Origin: Eutreptiella sp. 'Long Island Sound 2002'
Lineage: Eukaryota > Protista > Euglenida
DNA length: 64,000 nt
Assembly: GCA_964036045.1 (NCBI GenBank)
Contig: OZ038378.1
Location: 161,386,001-161,450,000, forward strand
Direction of reading: 5' to 3'
Shown: piece after piece, positions 1 through 10,753 of the stretch
How the letters are laid out: every line of letters starts with the position of its first letter
Position numbering within the stretch: position 1 is the stretch's first letter
Notes under the pieces: model-generated
What the model saw: only the letters and a program-made list of their open reading frames with translations
The model's database searches: none
What the model was told of the DNA's origin: nothing
Program-made: the position numbers and the translations under genes

Positions 1-3000
1 TAGGGGGGTGAGTGTGGGGGGGTGAGTGTGGGGGGGTGAGTGTGGGGGGGTGAGTGTGGGGGGTGAGTGTGGGGGGTGAGTGTGGGGGGTGAGTGTGGGG
101 GATGAGTGTGGGGGGTGAGTGTGGGGGCTGAGTGTAGGGGGGTGACTGTGGGGGATGAGTGTGGGGGGTGAGTGTGGGGGGTGAGTGTGGGGGGTGAGTG
201 TGGGGGATGAGTGTGGGGGGTGAGTGTGGGGGGATAAGTGTGGGGGGTGAGTGTAGGGGGGTGAGTGTGGGGGGTGAGTGTGGGGGATGAGTGTGGAGGG
301 TGAGTGTGGGGGGTGAGTGTGGGGGGGTGACTGTGGGGGGTGAGTGTGGGGGGTGAGTGTGGGGTGAGTGTAGGGGGGTGAGTGTAGGGGGGTGAGTGTG
401 GGGGGTGAGTGTGGGGGGGTGAGTGTGGGGGGTGAGTGTGGGGGGTGAGTGTGGGGGGTGAGTGTAGGGGGGTGAGTGTGGGGGGTGACTGTGGGGGGTG
501 AGTGTGGGGGGTGAGTGTGGGGGCTGAGTGTAGGGGGGTGACTGTGGGGGATGAGTGTGGGGGGTGAGTGTAGGGGGGTGAGTGTGGGGGGTGAGTGTGG
601 GGGATGAGTGTGGGGGCTGAGTGTGGGGGGATAAGTGTGGGGGGTGAGTGTAGGGGGGTGAGTGTGGGGGGTGAGTGTGGGGGATGAGTGTGGAGGGTGA
701 GTGTGGGGGGTGAGTGTGGGGGGGTGAGTGTGGGGGGTGAGTGTGGGTGGTGAGTGTGGGGTGAGTGTAGGGGGGTGAGTGTAGGGGGGTGAGTGTGGGG
801 GGTGAGTGTGGGGGGGTGAGTGTGGGGGGGTGAGTGTGGGGGGTGAGTGTGGGGGGTGAGTGTAGGGGGGTGAGTGTGGGGGGTGAGTGTGGGGGGTGAG
901 TGTAGGGGGGTGACTGTGGGGGATGAGTGTGGGGGGGTGAGTGTGGGGGGGTGAGTGTGGGGGGGTGAGTGTGGGGGGTGAGTGTGGGGGGTGAGTGTGG
1001 GGGATGAGTGTGGGGGGGTGAGTGTGGGGGTGAGTGTAGGGGGTGACTGTGGGGGATGAGTGTGGGGGGGTGAGTGTAGGGGGGTGAGTGTGGGGGGTGA
1101 GTGTGGGGGATGAGTGTGGGGGGTGAGTGTGGGGGGATGTGGGGGGTGAGTGTAGGGGGGGTGAGTGTGGGGGGTGAGTGTGGGGGATGAGTGTGGAGGG
1201 TGAGTGTNNNNNNNNNNNNNNNNNNNNNNNNNNNNNNNNNNNNNNNNNNNNNNNNNNNNNNNNNNNNNNNNNNNNNNNNNNNNNNNNNNNNNNNNNNNNN
1301 NNNNNNNNNNNNNNNNNNNNNNNNNNNNNNNNNNNNNNNNNNNNNNNNNNNNNNNNNNNNNNNNNNNNNNNNNNNNNNNNNNNNNNNNNNNNNNNNNNNN
1401 NNNNNNNGGTGACTGTGGGGGATGAGTGTGGGGGGTGAGTGTAGGGGGGTGAGTGTGGGGGGTGAGTGTGGGGGATGAGTGTGGGGGGTGAGTGTGGGGG
1501 GATAAGTGTGGGGGGGTGAGTGTAGGGGGGTGAGTGTGGGGGGTGAGTGTGGGGGATGAGTGTGGAGGGTGAGTGTGGGGGGTGAGTGTGGGGGGGTGAG
1601 TGTGGGGGGTGAGTGTGGGTGGTGAGTGTGGGGTGAGTGTAGGGGGGTGAGTGTAGGGGGGTGAGTGTGGGGGGTGAGTGTGGGGGGGTGAGTGTGGGGG
1701 GGTGAGTGTGGGGGGTGAGTGTGGGGGGTGAGTGTAGGGGGGTGAGTGTGGGGGGTGACTGTGGGGGGTGAGTGTAGGGGGGTGACTGTGGGGGATGAGT
1801 GTGGGGGGTGAGTGTAGGGGGGTGAGTGTGGGGGGTGAGTGTGGGGGGATACTGGGGGGTGAGTGTGGGGGGTGAGTGTGGGGGATGAGTGTGGGGGGTG
1901 AGTGTGGGGGCTGAGTGTAGGGGGGTGACTGTGGGGGATGAGTGTGGGGGGTGAGTGTAGGGGGGTGAGTGTGGGGGGTGAGTGTGGGGGATGAGTGTGG
2001 GGGGTGAGTGTGGGGGATAAGTGTGGGGGGTGAGTGTAGGGGGGTGAGTGTGGGGGGTGAGTGTGGGGGATGAGTGTGGAGGGTGAGTGTGGGGGGTGAG
2101 TGTGGGGGGGTGACTGTGGTGGGTGAGTGTGGGGGGTGAGTGTGGGGTGAGTGTAGGGGGGTGAGTGTAGGGGGGTGAGTGTGGGGGGTGAGTGTGGGGG
2201 GGTGAGTGTGGGGGGTGAGTGTGGGGGGTGAGTGTGGGGGGTGAGTGTAGGGGGGTGAGTGTGGGGGGTGAGTGTGGGGGGTGAGTGTGGGGGGTGAGTG
2301 TGGGGGCTGAGTGTAGGGGGGTGACTGTGGGGGATGAGTGTGGGGGGTGAGTGTAGGGGGGTGAGTGTGGGGGGTGAGTGTGGGGGATGAGTGTGGGGGG
2401 TGAGTGTGGGGGGATAAGTGTGGGGGGTGAGTGTAGGGGGGTGAGTGTGGGGGGTGAGTGTGGGGGATGAGTGTGGAGGGTGAGTGTGGGGGGTGAGTGT
2501 GGGGGGTGAGTGTGGGGGGTGAGTGTGGGTGGTGAGTGTGGGGTGAGTGTAGGGGGGTGAGTGTAGGGGGGGTGAGTGTGGGGGGTGAGTGTGGGGGGGT
2601 GAGTGTGGGGGGGTGAGTGTGGGGGGGTGAGTGTGGGGGGGTGAGTGTGGGGGGTGAGTGTAGGGGGGTGAGTGTGGGGGGTGACTGTGGGGGGTGAGTG
2701 TAGGGGGGTGACTGTGGGGGATGAGTGTGGGGGGTGAGTGTAGGGGGGTGAGTGTGGGGGGTGAGTGTGGGGGGATACTGGGGGGTGAGTGTGGGGGGTG
2801 AGTGTGGGGGATGAGTGTGGGGGGTGAGTGTGGGGGGATAATGGGGGGTGAGTGTGGGGGGTGAGTGTGGGGGGTGAGTGTAGGGGGGTGAGTGTGGGGG
2901 GTGAGTGTGGGGGGTGAGTGTGGGGGGTGAGTGTGGGGGATGAGTGTGGGGGGTGAGTGTGGGGGGTGAGTGTGGGGGATAAGTGTGGGGGATGAGTGTG

Positions 3001-3868
3001 GGGGGTGAGTGTGGGGGGGAGAGTGTGGGGGGTGAGTGTGGGGGATGAGTGTGGGGGGTGAGTGTGGGGGGTGAGTGTGGGGGGTGAGTGTGGGGGGTGA
3101 GTGTGGCGAGTGAGTGTGGGGGATGAGTGTGGGGGGTGAGTGTGGGGGGTGAGTGTGGGGGATGAGCGTGGGGGATGAGCGTGGGGGGTGAGTGTGGGGG
3201 GGTGAGTGTGGGGGGTGAGTGTGGGGGGTGAGTGTGGGGTGAGTGTAGGGGCGTGAGTGTGGGGGGTGAGTGTGGGGGGTGAGTGTGGGGGGGTGAGTGT
3301 GGGGGGGTGAGTATGGGGGGTGACTGTGGGGGGTGACTGTGGGGGGTGACTGTGGGGGGTGAGTGTGGGGTGAGTGTAGGGGGGTGAGTGTGGGGGGTGA
3401 GTGTGGGGGGTGAGTGAGTGTAGGGGGGTGAGTGTGGGGGGTGAGTGTGGGGGGTGAGTGTGGGGGGGTGAGTGTGGGGGGGTGAGTGTGGGGGGTGAGT
3501 GTGGGGGGTGACTGTGGTGGGTGACTGTGGGGGGTGAGTGTCGGGGGTGAGTGTGGGGTGAGTGTAGGGGGGTGAGTGTGGGGGGTGAGTGTGGGGGGTG
3601 AGTGAGTGTAGGGGGGTGAGTGTGGGGGGGTGAGTGTGGGGGGTGAGTGTGGGGGGTGACTGTGGGGGGTGACTGTGGGGGGTGAGTGTCGGGGGTGAGT
3701 GTGGGGTGAGTGTAGGGGGGTGAGTGTGGGGGGTGAGTGTGGGGGGTGAGTGAGTGTAGGGGGGTGAGTGTGGGGGGTGAGTGTGGGGGGTGAGTGTGGG
3801 GGGGTGAGTGTGGGGGCTGAGTGTGGGGGGTGAGTGTGGAGGGTGACTGTGGAGGGTGACTGTGGGGG
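1..3868. repeat. G-rich satellite, 12-13 bp unit GGGGG(G)TGAGTGT
   Basis: Unit repeated continuously, with variants (TGACTGT, GTAGG, GGATGAG) and higher-order blocks; probably lies in an intron of the minus-strand gene whose donor is at 3999. Confidence 0.97.
1208..1407. other. Assembly gap (200 N)
   Basis: Run of exactly 200 N inside the satellite, so the true array length is unknown. The ORFs 1178-1438 are artefacts. Confidence 0.99.
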
Positions 3869-3999
3869 ATGAGTGTGGGGGGTTGTGTCCCGGGATTGCA
3901 GGAATGGCGTGGGGGGTACTGTGGGGCTGACGGGGGGGGGGGTACCCGAGGGGAGGGTATCGAGCACCTGCCGCTGCTGTGCACGCCCCTCACGCACAC

Positions 4000-4404
4000 C
4001 TGCAGTGCACCGTCTGCGAGCCCCAGCCACACCCGCTCCCCGGCGCTGCACATGGCCGTCACCGCCGCGCCCGCAGCGCGCGCGACGGGGCCCAGCACGC
4101 GGCCGGTGCTGGGGTCATGCCGGCACACGGCGCCCGTGACGGCCTCCGCGGCCCACACAGTGCCATCCGTCGCCACGGCGATGCAGCGCAGGTCCGCAGG
4201 GAAGTCAGAGAAGCAGGCGGTATGGGAGCGGTGCCCGGGGGCGGGCTCGTCCGCGCCGGGGGGGGGCCGGGGCGGCCGCGCTCTGTGGGGGGACTGAGGC
4301 ATGTCCGGCGCTACGGCGCGGGGCTGCGGGGCATCGCGTGCCGCGTGGGACGAGGACGTAACGCTGGGGACGCGGAGCCACCGGCCCACATCAGAACATT
4401 GGGA
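4000..4404 (-). CDS. Exon of a beta-propeller (WD40/YVTN-like) protein; gene continues leftwards out of the window
   Basis: Open frame ...[69 protein letters not shown] ends at donor CAG|GTGTGC (3999). Acceptor is TTCTTTGCAG at 4405; alternatives are an acceptor at 4283 or an ATG at 4302. Probably absent from the ORF track because the frame appears to continue stop-free into the satellite. Confidence 0.65.
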
Positions 4405-4659
4405 CTGCAAAGAACGCCATGCCACATGGGCCCCCGGCCATGCCCACGAGGAAGGCACTTCCCCCGCTGTGCGCCTCACGCCCCATGGCCTTGGGCTCAC
4501 TGCCCTCGCCCCCGCACACACTTGTGGGCAACGCCCCCCCCCCCCCCCCCCCCCGACATGAGAAAGCGCCTCAGAGACTCGTGCTGCAGGGCCCTCAACA
4601 GCCACCCGCCTTTTGCTGTCATTGGCACAACCCATTGCCCGACACGATGGAGGTGTATG

Positions 4660-5035
4660 CAGGGCTGTCCTAAAGGGAAAAAAAAAGACCTTCGTAACGC
4701 CAACAGAAACGAATGTTCACGGGGACGCTCTCTGCTTCCTGGTCATGGAGCCTTCTCTACTTCAAAGGCTGGCGGTTGGCAGTTGGTGGCGGTTGGTAGC
4801 GGTTGGCGGTTGGCGGTTGGTGGCGGTTGGCAGCGGTTGGCGGTTGGCGGTTGGTGGCGATTGGCGGTTGGCGGTTGGCGGTTGGTGGCTGTTGGCAGCG
4901 GTTGGCGGTTGGCGGTTGGTGGCGATTGGCGGTTGGCGGTTGGCGGTTGGTTGTCCCTGGGAGCTGTCCTTAAGGGCTGTCCTTAGCGGGAAAAAAAAAT
5001 CTGGCTTCTTAAGGACAGCCTGTTCTTAAGGACAG
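4660..5035. mobile_element. hAT-type MITE with internal (GGCGGTT)n array, copy 1
   Basis: 8-bp TSD GGTGTATG at 4652-4659 and 5036-5043; starts CAGGGCTGTCCTAA and ends with inverted TAAGGACAG motifs; same architecture as 47824-48201. Confidence 0.85.
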
Positions 5036-5435
5036 GGTGTATGGAATCCGATACCACACCGCATCGGATCTGTGATACAATACAATATCGTATCCGACCA
5101 TCCGACCCCCACAGGACATGGTATCAGACGCCATCATGTGATACGATGCTGCATCGGACCCTATCCTCCCGTACGACATCGTTAGGGGTCCCTAATCCCG
5201 TAAGATATTGTGTAAGAGCCAATAGCCGGATGACGTGGAGCGTGACACCGGTTGCAGATCGAGAGTCCTCTTCGGTACCCCAAACCCCTGGATCTCCTGG
5301 GCTTCAGTCCATATCTTGAATTGAGGTGTGGCACCCACGGGGGCTGCCCCGCTTTGTGGGCTCCCCAGTCTCGGACGGTTCTGCACAGCACGCGCACAGC
5401 GCCCAACAGCACATCGGCTTTCCCGTGCAAACAAC

Positions 5436-5579
5436 CCCCCAGTGGTCCAGGAGGCAGCCTGTTCCGGAGCCCGCCTCCCCGGTGATGAACAGATGGGCCT
5501 CTCCAGCCCCGTCGAAGGCCTCCTTCTGAGCCACATGCAGGTCATTGCAACCGCCCCCGGGACTGTCCAGACTCAGCGA
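5436..5579 (-). CDS. Candidate upstream exon of the beta-propeller gene (alternatively a dead P-loop fragment)
   Basis: Acceptor TTGGCCCCGCAG with upstream CTGAC; reads SLSLDSPGGGCNDLHVAQKEAFDGAGEAHLFITGEAGSGTGCLLDHWG. Phase 0 end fits exon 4404, but the donor GTTGTT is weak. Confidence 0.4.
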
Positions 5580-8056
5580 CTGCGGGGCCAACGCAGTGCG
5601 TTTGAAGGGTCAGTGCAGACTTTGTGAAAGTGTCGGCGGTCCTTGAGGGGGAGTCTGTGTCCTCCCCATCAGTGACATCTGTATCCCCTGAAGACAGAAA
5701 TCGGAGATGTGGTACAAGGGCCCCCGGGGCAAAGATTTAATGGGTGAAGGGGTATTGCCTCTCACTGGAGATCTAAACCGGGACTTGATGGCGGCCAGTC
5801 CACATCGATCTATTTGAAAGATTGTGCTGTTGCATAGGAAAGGCAAGCCTCCACCCTCATATGTTAGAAGTGGCACTACTTTGGGGTCAACCTATGACCC
5901 GCCCAATTTCAGTGGTTAAGCCACAGGTGCTCCACTACTACTTAGGTAGGAGACCACTTGGACCACTTCTTGGGCATAATTATTTTGGGGGTAATAAATA
6001 ATCTGCATGATTGCTGTTAATTCTTGGATGATTGTAGATGGTTTTGGATGGTGTATTTTTGATGGCTTCTGGATCCTTGCCGTTCATTCGCATAGGCCTC
6101 TGAACTAGGGTTAAATCTTAGAGGCTTCCAGATGAAATTTCATATCGGCTGGTAAATGCGCAGTGGTAGGCTGTCCGGGCCAAGGGCCGCACCCACACAC
6201 TGCCATTCAATTGCCTCATCCACAAATTGTGGTGTAATGTTATGAAACCTGGAAAGGGGCTAGCTCGACAACTTGTGACTCTTGGAGGATGACTAATATT
6301 AATTCTTGGAGGCTTTTGGATGCATTTGTTATTCTTAGTGACTCTTGGAGCATGCCTATTCGTGCAGGGGTGTGGACAACCACTATTTGTTCTTGTTGGC
6401 TTCACATTGCCTACTTTTGAATCCTGAGAGGGTGTGGATGAATAGTATTAATTCCTTGCGCCTTTGGATGCTTCTCGTCAATTCTTGGAGGGTTGTGGAT
6501 GCGATTGTTCATTCTTGGAGGGTTGTGAGGATTGTTGTTGACGCATGCTACATCGTCTGCGGCAAGTGAAGCCCCAATGCCGACCATTATACCAAACCCC
6601 AAACCCCCTTGGTCATACCAGGAATGTTCCTTGTGCCCTGAACCCATCCCACACACCATATATGGCTGCCAAGAACCGGATCCCTTGTGCCACAAAATCC
6701 TTTGTGAAGAATGCTGAAAATACAAAATTTTGCAAATGACACAGTGCACCCTCCCATGCCACGGCAAAACACCCCCCCTCTTAAAGCCCCCCCCCCCCCC
6801 AAACCACTTAAGCTTGCCTGGCATGGGAGGGCTCCCTCACCAAAAACACGAATTCTTGATGCCCTGATGGGTGCTTGCTTGGGCCAAACGGCGAAGTCTC
6901 CGCGCCGTGCGCGCCGTGCGTGTGCCGCGTCAGGTGCTTCCCCAATGGCACATGTAAAGGGATGCCCATATCATGCTGTCCATGGCCCATTTATTGGCTG
7001 AGGGACCAGGGAACATGCAGCGCAAAGGGGAAAAGTGGCGCATGCAAGCCTTAGCCCCGAACTCTTGAAGGCGATGGCAGTCTGGGGTCTGGGGTTGCTT
7101 CTGCGCGTGCACTGCGTCCCGCGCTGCACCAAATCCTCCCATACATGCTCACAATCCCACAAGCAGACACACAATGGGGCACAGTCAGGTAACGAACCTT
7201 CACAGTGGTTATGGAGCAGCAGTTCTGGATCTGTATGGATCAACAACGTAAAGGGGGGCACTTCATGGCATGGTGCAGCAAACACAGCCATACACGGCTA
7301 AGCAGCAGGGAAGCAACAACTTTGAAGAGCAATGGCAGCTGACAGCCATGCAGCACTGATAGATGTCAATCTGCAGAGGCCAGCAGCACACGCATCCGTG
7401 TGGATGGACAAAGGGCACAGATGGTATGTTGTGTGTATGTTTGTGTGCCTCCAAAGGCAACCCAAATCATGCACAAACTGCGAAGTTCAACTCGTGTGTG
7501 TGTGGATGTGTGCATTCGGTGCCAGCAGGGGCCATTGCAGGCTTGCAAAGACAAAGACCAGGATGCAGGGTGCAGTCGATGGTGTAGGCACAAAGACGCC
7601 TGCTGGTATTCATATAGACCAGGCACCTGGACAATTGTAGATGGACTGTATTGCCATTCTGGGCGCATACCAATACAACGATGGCTGCAAATGGCACAAC
7701 ATTGAAGACAGGGATGACAAAACCAGCACTCATCGGGACTGTCACAAAAACCATGGCAAAACAATGAAACCTGAACCAAGAGTATTATCACTACTCCCAT
7801 AATGACAACATAAACAGACATGTTTGAAAGAAGGAAGGCTAAGCCGAGACGAGAAAAGGGCGAGGAATTCAATGTGACACAAACTGCCCCCGGAACAGCC
7901 AGTGGACCACGGACAAACACATGCTCCATCTCTCCAAGCACTGACCAGTGCACTGGTCCATGAAAACATGTGCACCACACCTGCACCAGAAACACACCAT
8001 TCATAACAAGGGTAACCGCTGTACCGCACACTTACGGCCCCTTTACAACCCCTGTA

Positions 8057-8089
<33 letters not shown>

Positions 8090-10547
8090 ACGCGGCAGAC
8101 AGGCACTTAGAAAAGCGCTAAGTGCTGAATTCTCGTCAGGTCGTCAGACACACACGGGCGCGCGCACAGCCCCTCTATGCCTATGCCACATACATGTACG
8201 GCCGCCTTAGAAACCCCCGGGCTGTACAGATGGCCCACGGTGGCCAGTTCACATTGGTGCCTCAGTTTGGTGGTTGTTAAAGCAAAACAGCGAATCCTTC
8301 ACAATTCAGAACACAATCAAAGTTTGTTGATTGTGTGCGTAAATCCCACACCGTTCCCCCCAAGACTCTCGGCAGTCAGCACACCACCATCCGAGACCAG
8401 CCCCTGGCGATGGGACAGAGGAGGCGGAGGTAGACAGAAGATGCAGACGACTGCCAGACGCCAGCACGTCTGAGCACCGGGTGCGCCTGCTCTGCACTCC
8501 GGAGGGGCGGTGCCCACAAGCCCAGCCCCTCGGCGGCTGGGCCATGAAGGCGACGACCCCAGCCCTGATCCACCAGATCCGTGTGCGCGGGCCGGGGCAG
8601 AGCGCAGACCTCGGGGCCCCGGACCGGCAGAGGCATGGGCCACAGGGGGGCCAAACCCTTGGAACAACACGGGTTTGTGGCCCATGGCCCAGTGGGGGCC
8701 TCCCCAATGCCCGACCCCCAGAGGTCCTGCGGGACCACAGCGCCCCCCAGACAAGGGCCGCATCGGGCGATGCGGGGGTTAGAGCGGGGTGGGTATGGCC
8801 ATCGGAGATGATGGGGATGCCACAGCACAGGAGGCAGTGAAGCAGAGGAAGAGCCCCCCCCCATGGGCATTGGGGGGGCAGGGGGCCCTTGAGGGAGGAG
8901 TACGGCCAGCCCCTCGAGGGCGTGAGGATGACGCGTAGGACCACACCGCAGGGGAGTGCGAGGCCGGGGGCTTGGGGGCCCACCCCCCCTGTGCGATGGG
9001 CATTGCAGTGGCATGCGCCGCACGGCGGTGCTCCCCCCCCCCCCCCGTGTTGGGGCACGGGGAGTGGGAGGGGCCTGCAACACGAGGGCAGCGGCCTCGG
9101 GCGCAGAGGCCCTCGAAGCAGCACCATCAAATGCCACGAGGTCCGCAGGGCCGCTCGCACGGCGAAGGGACTGCCCAGTCCCCCGTTGTCCGGCACCTTC
9201 AGACCCCCGTGGCAGAGGTCAGGGGGGGGGGGTCCCAATGCGGTGGACAGACCTCTTTGGAGGCCCCACACCCTCAGCCCCACGCCCCCACAGCCCTGGC
9301 CTTGGCCTCGGTCCGAGCGACCGTTTCAGAGGGTGTCCGTGACCCGGCACTACGGCCGTGGCCCCATCGCCCCATCGCCCCATCGCCCCACAGCCCCAGC
9401 CCCAGCCCCAGCCCCAGCCCTAGTCTCAGTCATAGCGACAGGCGTTGGCGCCTCGGCCACGCCACTCGCTCCCGTCACAATGCAGCACGAGGGACGCCCC
9501 CCGTGGGGCCGCCACCCCCCCCCCCCCCCACACACACACATACGCACACAGACCCTGCGGGGGCAGGGGGGCTGCAGGCCCCAGCAGGAGGGACCCCAAC
9601 AAAGTCGGGGGTTCTGGGGCATACGGGGGAAAGGGGAGGGGCATGGCCGGCAGATGGGGGGGAGGCAAACGGGGCTGCGGCCGATGGGGGGGGGGGGGAG
9701 GGCATGTGCGGCAGACGACGAAATGGGTCACGGCGTGTGGGCCGCGGTGCATTGTGATGCTGCAGCACGGCACGGCACGGGGGGGGGGGGGGGGGGTGTG
9801 CGTGGGGGTCGCACGTGCGTGTGCCTGTGCCTCTGGATGTACCACCACCGTTCCCGAGGGATGCACCGGGCGGCACCGGGGGACAAATTGACAGGGAAGA
9901 GAGAGAGGGAAGGGGGTGGTCGGCGAGGCCCGCCCCCGTGTGAACAGGACCGTGTATGCGTGTGGATGACCTGGGGACCACACGGGGGGGGTCTCCCCGG
10001 GTCCGTGGCGTACCGGGGGGGGGGGGGGGGCGCCCTCCATGGCCTTTGTAGCCCACTGCCTCCGGGGGGCACCGAGGCACAGGAGTGGCCCGGGCACTGC
10101 GGCGGCACTGAGGCCCAGAACAAGTGGAGGGGCAACCTCCACAGCCCCCCCCCCCCCCCATTACCGTGCGGCACACGCACTGCCGGGGGGCCCTCTGTCA
10201 GTGGGAGGGGGCACGGCCTTGTGCGGAAGTGCGCGCGCGTTTGTGCAGGACTTTGCCGGCCGTCTGTGTCTCTACGGATGAGGGGAGGCGGAGGCTCTTA
10301 TTATAGAGATATATATGATGTGGATTAGTTTGCCGGTGGGGGGGGGCGCATGGGGAGGGGCGCTGCTTCGGTGGGGGGAGGCGCCGTGGGGGTGCGGCCG
10401 CCCCACCCCCCTTCCTCCGGCCCCCCCCCCGGTGGACTTTCCTGTGCACCGCTCATAGCCGTGCCGTCCCCACCCCCCATTCCCCCGGGTGGCGTGAGAG
10501 GCCCACCCCCTGGGGCCTGCCCCATCACCACAGCCCTGGCCGGGGCG

Positions 10548-10753
10548 TCAGGTCTTGGGAACGTACTTCATGGTCCGGCCCCCCCGCGCACCACGGCCCT
10601 TGCCACTGCCGCCCCGCGGCCCCTCCTCTCGAGCACCCGACTTGGCCCCGGCTGCAGGGGAGCGCTGCTTACTGGAGGCCTTGCGCCCACTGTAGTAGTC
10701 CTCCTCTGCCTCGTCGTCCAGGTACTTGTCTGCGTCCTTCCCGGAGCGGCGGT
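10548..10753 (-). CDS. Terminal coding exon of the disordered protein (RRSGKDADKYLDDEAEEDYY...GRGARGGRTMKYVPKT*)
   Basis: Acceptor CCCTGTGCAG, phase 1, TGA at 10548-10550. Confidence 0.85.

Noticed and set aside
1-3868. Telomere or subtelomere
   Set aside because: The unit is 12-13 bp and heterogeneous, and the array abuts an internal exon donor; nothing shows a chromosome end.
5436-5579. PIF1/RecD helicase Walker A (QKEAF...LFITGEAGSG)
   Set aside because: The invariant Lys is Thr (GSGTG), no downstream helicase motifs follow in any frame, and the splice signals fit a propeller exon equally well. Kept only as an alternative.
8306-10328. Long overlapping G/P/R-rich ORFs (up to 479 aa)
   Set aside because: GC-rich DNA with homopolymer runs, open on both strands, no motifs; likely 3' UTR, intergenic or intronic. 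The same applies to 13511-14854 and 32242-33967.
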